This document shows, one piece after another, positions 59,009 through 64,000 of a DNA stretch of 64,000 nucleotides (positions within the stretch are counted from its first letter, which is position 1; every line of letters begins with the position of its first letter). Location of the stretch: assembly GCA_036961445.1 (NCBI GenBank), contig JBALVO010000001.1, forward strand, positions 2,611 to 66,610, in the 5' to 3' direction. Source of the stretch: Halioglobus sp. Its GTDB lineage: Bacteria; Pseudomonadota; Gammaproteobacteria; Pseudomonadales; Halieaceae. The notes under the pieces were generated by a model, which had not been told where the DNA came from, ran no database searches, and saw only the letters and a program-made list of their open reading frames with translations. The position numbers were made by a program, and so were the translations under genes.

Positions 59009-59407
59009 TTAGCGAGAGCCTTTAATCAGGCTGCGGAACCAGTCAGCCAGGGTTTCGTGTTTGTAGTCGGTGAACTCTCCGGCGTCCATATACATGCCGT
59101 GCTCTTTACATACTTCATACCAGATATGCGGCTGATCCGGATCTGACGCTTTTTCCATATCCTTGCCACAGCGTGGACAAGAGATATCATCAACAGCATC
59201 CCATTTCTTGCCTTCATCGACGCTACCTGTATCGAGGGCGTCGCCCATCCACTTGCTTTTCAGCAGTTCCGCTTCTCCATGATCAAACCACATACCCCTG
59301 CAATTGGTGCAGCGATCTATAACCAGGTCACCGCCGTAGGAGATCTCGTCCATACCATGACCGCATTTGGGACATTTAATGCCGTGTACATCTGGGTTAA
59401 ATTCCAT
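59009..59407 (-). CDS. zinc-ribbon (TFIIB-type zf) domain protein
   Basis: 132 aa. CPKCGHGM...CTNCRGMWFDHGE, then a second CPRCGKDM...C..H module. Confidence 0.6.
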   Translation of the reverse strand: MEFNPDVHGIKCPKCGHGMDEISYGGDLVIDRCTNCRGMWFDHGEAELLKSKWMGDALDTGSVDEGKKWDAVDDISCPRCGKDMEKASDPDQPHIWYEVCKEHGMYMDAGEFTDYKHETLADWFRSLIKGSR

Positions 59408-60816
59408 GTCAGTTCCCTACTGGTTTGATTTTTTAATAAATGCCAGGCCAATCAGAGCCGCGGCTCACCAAGTCTAGCTCAGCGAGCGTAAATTTTCCTG
59501 CTGCTTTTCATCTTGGTTTCAGCTTTGGGATTATTATACGTTGATTGAGCTGACACAATAGCCCCGTTAATAGATGTCGATCTAACAGAGGAATAAGTAT
59601 GCAATACCCGTCTGTGCCGGTTTTGGTGCAGGTGCCAGCGATACGGCAATGCAGATGGCTGCTATGGCCGCCACTTTTGCTGATGAGCAAGCGCAGCATG
59701 CTCTGGCTTGTTACATAGTCAGTTTGAATGGCGTGGTTGCGCCTGTATCGGTTGCAGGTGATTTGGAATTGGGCGGGGATTACTACAATCAGTATAGATG
59801 TAGTCTCCAGTCATGTGTTTGAGAGTGTCGCCAGAATCGAGATCGAGAACAGTCTGCATGCACTGGTGGAAAGTAACTTCGTGTACGATAACACTGGGTG
59901 ATACTTGCGTTCATTGCGCCGGGATTACCGATAAAAACGTACGGAGATGTACTCATTGGCATCCAATGCGGCTAACGATCCTTATTCAGATCCAAATCCA
60001 AGTCGGTCGATGATTCTCACAACATCATATTTAATAGTGGCTCTAACCCGGCACCTGCGCTGAGGACGGTAATGGCCGCCATGCTGGAAACCAGGGTTCC
60101 GGATATTGTTGATAGGTGGGTATGGACGATGGTTGCATCCAAACCCGGAGCGTTTTCGGACGATCTGTCCGGGAAAGTATGAGGATTGTACGTTTGCCAC
60201 GACTGCTAATGTTGCAAGCTATACGCTACCCGAACCGGTGCCTCCGCGCTCATTGGAAAATGTCGATTAGGGGAGCCTGGCTTTTTACGGCGTTTGTGCA
60301 GTTTGTCATGCTTGCAACTCACGTATGATCGGTCCTCCTACCCAGACTATTCAGACTTTGTCTATGGACAACTCTGAAGGCACTGCCGAGTGCGCGGCTA
60401 ATCCTGTTAACAAGCGTCCGGACTACCCGGAAATGCCACTCCGTCCCATTTGGATGAAGAGACCCGATTAGCGGTAGCTAAATGTCTGCTGCAAGTTATA
60501 AATTGAGTTTGCAAAAGTTCGGCATAAAGACGCCGCAAGGCAGCCTTTTTATTTCTGCATTATCATCCTTGGTGTGTGGTTCATTCGTTTTTGCAATGTC
60601 TGTTTTCAGAAAGGTATTGCGATGCGCAGTAGGTGTATTTAGCGCGTATTGCCCGTCGTCTGTTTTTTTAAAAGACGATGGTGTTGTCACTGTAAAAAAC
60701 TTTCACTGCCAAATACATAAACATGAAATAGATCAAAAAATAATCGTTACATCTTTGCGAATTTAGGCCTACACTACTCATGCGGTACCTACAACTACTA
60801 TGGAGTGTCTAAAGCA

Positions 60817-61425
60817 ATGTTGGATAAAGAACTGGCTCAGGCCACCAAGATGGCTCAAGCAGCTAACAAGAAAGTCGAGGAGCTTCGCAAGAAGCTGGTA
60901 TCTGAATCTGAAAAAGCAAACGCTAAAGCGAAACGGGAGCTCGGTGCTGCGCGTAAGCGACATAGCAGCGCCAGTGCTCGTTTGAAAAAGGCAAGAAATG
61001 CATTTCGCAAAAAGGCGTCTCCTGATAACCAGAAAAAAGTCGATGCTCTTAAGAAACAAGTGCAGGACCTGGCAGAAGCCGTAGGCAACATCGCCAAAGC
61101 AGCCTATGAGGCCGCTGAAAAGCTGGTTAGTGTAAAGACTGATGCGATCATGGAGAGTCGTAAGGCCAGAGCCGCAAATCAGGCAGCAAGTATGGTAGAA
61201 AAAGCGGCTGCCAAGTCGAAGAAAAAACCTGCTGCAAAGAAAAAGCCAGCGGCTAAAAAGAAACCTGCTGCAAAGAAAAAGCCAGCGGCTAAAAAGAAGC
61301 CTGCCGCCAAGAAAAAACCAGCAGCTAAAAAGAAACCCGCTGCAAAGAAAAAGCCAGCGGCCAAAAAGAAGCCGGCAGCCAAGAAAAAAGCAGCACCTAA
61401 AAAGAAGGCCGCCGCCAAGAAATAG
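60817..61425 (+). CDS. histone H1-like / AlgP-like nucleoid-associated protein with a KKKPAA-repeat tail
   Basis: ATG at 60817, 11 nt after GGAG. N-terminal Lys/Ala-rich coiled coil. C-terminus has 9 x KKKPAA plus KKKAAP and KKKAAA. Confidence 0.8.
   Translation: MLDKELAQATKMAQAANKKVEELRKKLVSESEKANAKAKRELGAARKRHSSASARLKKARNAFRKKASPDNQKKVDALKKQVQDLAEAVGNIAKAAYEAAEKLVSVKTDAIMESRKARAANQAASMVEKAAAKSKKKPAAKKKPAAKKKPAAKKKPAAKKKPAAKKKPAAKKKPAAKKKPAAKKKPAAKKKAAPKKKAAAKK
61219..61422 (+). repeat. in-frame 18-nt tandem repeat (11 units) with 36-nt higher-order copies
   Basis: Units begin at 61219, 61237 and so on up to 61399. 61231..61266 and 61267..61302 differ at a single base. Confidence 0.9.
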
Positions 61426-61460
61426 GCAACGGCTAAGCGCAAGGCTGTCTGATAGTTACA

Positions 61461-61493
61461 TAATACGTCGCCCTGATAAGGGGCGACGTATTA
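61461..61493 (+). terminator. 13-bp perfect hairpin downstream of the H1-like gene (probable terminator; no U-tract)
   Basis: TAATACGTCGCCC-tgataag-GGGCGACGTATTA. Confidence 0.5.
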
Positions 61494-61728
61494 CAAACCA
61501 CCCTTCCACCACTGCGGCTGGGCGACTCTGTGCCAGCGCCTTGTAGATCTGTGATCGACACCAGGCACAATTCACGCAGCGTTTCCTTATTCAGGCACGA
61601 ATCCCTCGTGTTGCTGTCATCGTTTTCCCCGTCATTCTTTTTGGCCTGAGTGAACCTCGTGTGCACACGCAGCGCACACTATCATTGCATTAAGATAGAT
61701 TAGATTGACGAGGTCATGGTCCATCGAA

Positions 61729-63987
61729 ATGCTGGAACGCCAGGAACAGCCTATGGTTGCCAAGTTGCGCAGCGTTAGTTTTATCACGGTATCTCTGGTG
61801 ATGGTGCTATTGGCGGCTTGTGGTAAGCCCCAGGATAGGGGGGAAATAACCGGTGCAGCCATTGCAGATGCAGTTGTCGCCGACTCATTGGCCAGGCAAC
61901 AAGACGCCGTGATGGAAATGGGGAAAGCAAATCAAATCCTGTTTGGCGACTTGCACGTGCATACCACTTTCTCCCCCGATGCTTTCATTATGTCGGTGCC
62001 ATTAATGGGTGGTACTGGCTTGCACCCTCCTGCTGACGCTTGCGATTTCGCCCGTTATTGTTCCAGTCTCGATTTTTGGTCGATCAATGATCACGCAGAA
62101 GGTATCACTCCCAGGCGGTGGGCGGAGACGCGGCAAAGTATTCGCGAGTGTAACCAGATTGCTGGAGATCGAGAAAATCCTGATATGGTGTCTTTCCTGG
62201 GGTGGGAGTGGAGCCAGGTGGATACTGACCCGACCAAACACTACGGCCATAAAAATGTCATCTTTAAAGATGTCGAAGAGGCCGAGGTGCCTGCCCGTGC
62301 GATCGCAGCGCCTAGAGCGCAACTGGCCAAGGCGCCTATGGGCCGCGCCGCGCAATTCATGATGTCCCTGATGGATTTTGAGAACAGGCAGTTCTATTGG
62401 GGCATACAGCGATACTATGACGAGGTGGCAGACACTCCCAGCTGTGAAAAAGGAGTAGATACACGTCAATTGCCCGCCGATTGTATGGAGATTGCTGCTG
62501 ATCCCAGGGAGTTGTTTGCCAAACTCGATCAGTGGGGATTCGACAGCATCGTTATTCCACATGGTAATTCATGGGGTATGAATACGCCCGCTACTACCCG
62601 CTTCGACAAGCAATTGAATCGTGCCCAGCATGACCCGGATCGGCAAATCTTGTTTGAAGTTTATTCTGGCCATGGCAACTCGGAGGAATATCGTAGTTGG
62701 CGGGCAGCGAGTAAGTCAGAGAGCGGAGAGCTGTCTTGCCCAGAGCCTGGCGATGGGTATTTACCTTGTTGTTGGCGCGCCGGACAGATAATCGGTGAAC
62801 GTTGTGCCGCAGCGGGGATTGATGGACTACAGTGCCAACAACGGGAGGTGCAGGCGCGCCAGAACTTTGTTGACGCGGGTAGTTCGGGTCACTTGACCGT
62901 ACCCGGACAGCAGGTAACGGATTGGTTGAACTGTGGTACCTGTCCTGACTGCTTCAATGAGCCCATGGATCATCGGCCTGCGACATCAGCACAGTATGCG
63001 TTGGCCATTACAAATTTCGAGCAACCTGAGCAGCGCTTCAACTTTCGTTTTGGCATGATCGGCTCCAGCGACAATCACCGCAGTCAGGCGGGCAGCGGTT
63101 ACAAACAGGTGAAACGCAAGATGATGACTGAATCATTTGGCGCAGACCAGCCGCGAATGGCGGCCAAAGCCGGCGATCAACGAGATCCCGTGCCGTACTC
63201 GGTGCCACTGGATGACGCCGGTGTCGGCCTGGTTAATTTGCGCAATATGGAACGGCAAAACTCGTTCTGGCTGACCGGTGGACTGGTAGCTGCGCATACT
63301 GATGGACGCAGTCGCGACGCGATCTGGAGCAGCCTGAAACGCAAGGAAGTTTACGCCACCTCCGGGGACCGTATCCTGCTGTGGTTTGATTTGCTGCGCG
63401 GGGATTCTGAAATAGCGATGGGATCCCAGGTGAGCTCATCAGTGGCTCCGCGTTTTCGGGTGAATGCGCTGGGTGCCTTCAAACAGCAGCCGGGATGTCC
63501 TGATCATGCGTTGCGTGGACTGGGTCGGGAGCGCTTGCAGACACTTTGTGGTGGAGAGTGCTACAACCCGGGGGATGAACGGCATCTGATAGATCGTATC
63601 GAAGTGGTGCGTATCAGGCCACAGGCTTTCCCCGGAGAGCCAGTGGATGAGCTGATAGAAGATCCATGGCAGAGCTTTGTATGTAATGCGGACCCAGCGG
63701 GCTGTGAGGTGGAATTCCAGGACGAAAATTTTGCCACAAGTGGGCGCGAGGCTCTTTACTATGTGCGCGCAATACAGGAAGCCACACCGATGATCAATGC
63801 CGCTAATCTGCGTTGCGAATACGACGAGGCTGGCGTTTGTATTGCGGTAAACCCCTGTTATGGCGATTACCGTACACCCAAAAATGAAGACTGTCTGGCT
63901 ACTGCAGAACAGCGGGCCTGGTCTTCCCCGATTTTTGTTGCCTATGAGCCTGAAGAGGCAACAGCGAATAATAAGGATGCACAATGA
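61729..63987 (+). CDS. DUF3604 domain protein (PHP-like metal-dependent hydrolase fold), lipoprotein
   Basis: Lipobox VLLAAC. FGDLHVHTTFSPDAF metal-binding motif typical of DUF3604. Start ambiguous (TTG 61705, ATG 61729 or ATG 61753). Confidence 0.75.
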   Translation: MLERQEQPMVAKLRSVSFITVSLVMVLLAACGKPQDRGEITGAAIADAVVADSLARQQDAVMEMGKANQILFGDLHVHTTFSPDAFIMSVPLMGGTGLHPPADACDFARYCSSLDFWSINDHAEGITPRRWAETRQSIRECNQIAGDRENPDMVSFLGWEWSQVDTDPTKHYGHKNVIFKDVEEAEVPARAIAAPRAQLAKAPMGRAAQFMMSLMDFENRQFYWGIQRYYDEVADTPSCEKGVDTRQLPADCMEIAADPRELFAKLDQWGFDSIVIPHGNSWGMNTPATTRFDKQLNRAQHDPDRQILFEVYSGHGNSEEYRSWRAASKSESGELSCPEPGDGYLPCCWRAGQIIGERCAAAGIDGLQCQQREVQARQNFVDAGSSGHLTVPGQQVTDWLNCGTCPDCFNEPMDHRPATSAQYALAITNFEQPEQRFNFRFGMIGSSDNHRSQAGSGYKQVKRKMMTESFGADQPRMAAKAGDQRDPVPYSVPLDDAGVGLVNLRNMERQNSFWLTGGLVAAHTDGRSRDAIWSSLKRKEVYATSGDRILLWFDLLRGDSEIAMGSQVSSSVAPRFRVNALGAFKQQPGCPDHALRGLGRERLQTLCGGECYNPGDERHLIDRIEVVRIRPQAFPGEPVDELIEDPWQSFVCNADPAGCEVEFQDENFATSGREALYYVRAIQEATPMINAANLRCEYDEAGVCIAVNPCYGDYRTPKNEDCLATAEQRAWSSPIFVAYEPEEATANNKDAQ

Positions 63988-64000
63988 AGACGCAGTACCA

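Noticed and set aside
60482-60766. 94-aa ORF with one or two hydrophobic segments in the gene desert.
   Set aside because: No Shine-Dalgarno upstream. The composition is AT-rich and Cys/Phe/Val-heavy, atypical for this genome. I kept it only as part of the gene-desert finding.
61219-61422. Regular short tandem repeats that might be mistaken for a CRISPR array.
   Set aside because: The period is 18 nt with no spacers. The repeats are in frame inside a CDS and encode KKKPAA. This is not CRISPR.
61179-61442. 87-aa minus-strand ORF made of FFLAAG repeats.
   Set aside because: It is a mirror image of the KKKPAA repeat on the coding strand, an artefact of the tandem repeat.
1-64000. Searched for mobile elements, integrases, tRNA/rRNA genes, CRISPR-cas genes, toxin-antitoxin pairs and known defence-system hallmarks.
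   Set aside because: I found no transposase/integrase-like ORFs, terminal inverted repeats, tRNA cloverleaf candidates, or nuclease/ATPase defence-type genes. Apart from 59.4-60.8 kb, the window looks like conserved core chromosome.

Overview
This is a 64-kb chromosomal window from a gammaproteobacterium. The core gene order (zapA-ssrS-ygfA, ygfB-pepP-ubiH-ubiI, HAD/rppH-ptsP, lgt-thyA-folA) resembles Pseudomonas/Cellvibrionales-type synteny. A marine Cellvibrionales or Microbulbifer-like source is only my guess. I call about 65 protein genes, nearly all housekeeping or metabolic, plus one RNA gene (6S RNA) that the ORF track hides under spurious ORFs. I saw no rRNA, tRNA, CRISPR array, transposase, integrase, phage gene or recognisable anti-phage defence gene, so most of the window is ordinary core genome. 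These items deserve a second look: (1) a minimal exosortase (XrtH-like, Cys/Arg/His motifs present) with a partner membrane protein, at the tail of a GldA / GldF-GldG / DUF4340 ABC-exporter operon (49.7-55.6 kb); (2) a six-gene TonB2-type cluster (DUF3450, TtpC-like, ExbB, ExbD, TonB, TPR), plus an orphan ExbD paralog 8 kb away; (3) a valine/isobutyrate catabolic operon whose aldehyde dehydrogenase is the AdhE/EutE-type CoA-acylating kind; (4) an AT-rich 1.4-kb gene desert with broken frames, including a start-less frame carrying CxxCH; (5) a histone-H1/AlgP-like protein with nine KKKPAA repeats encoded by slippage-prone 18/36-nt tandem DNA; (6) three tandem lipoprotein genes of unknown function. 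All family assignments come from motif and synteny recognition by eye. No database search was run.
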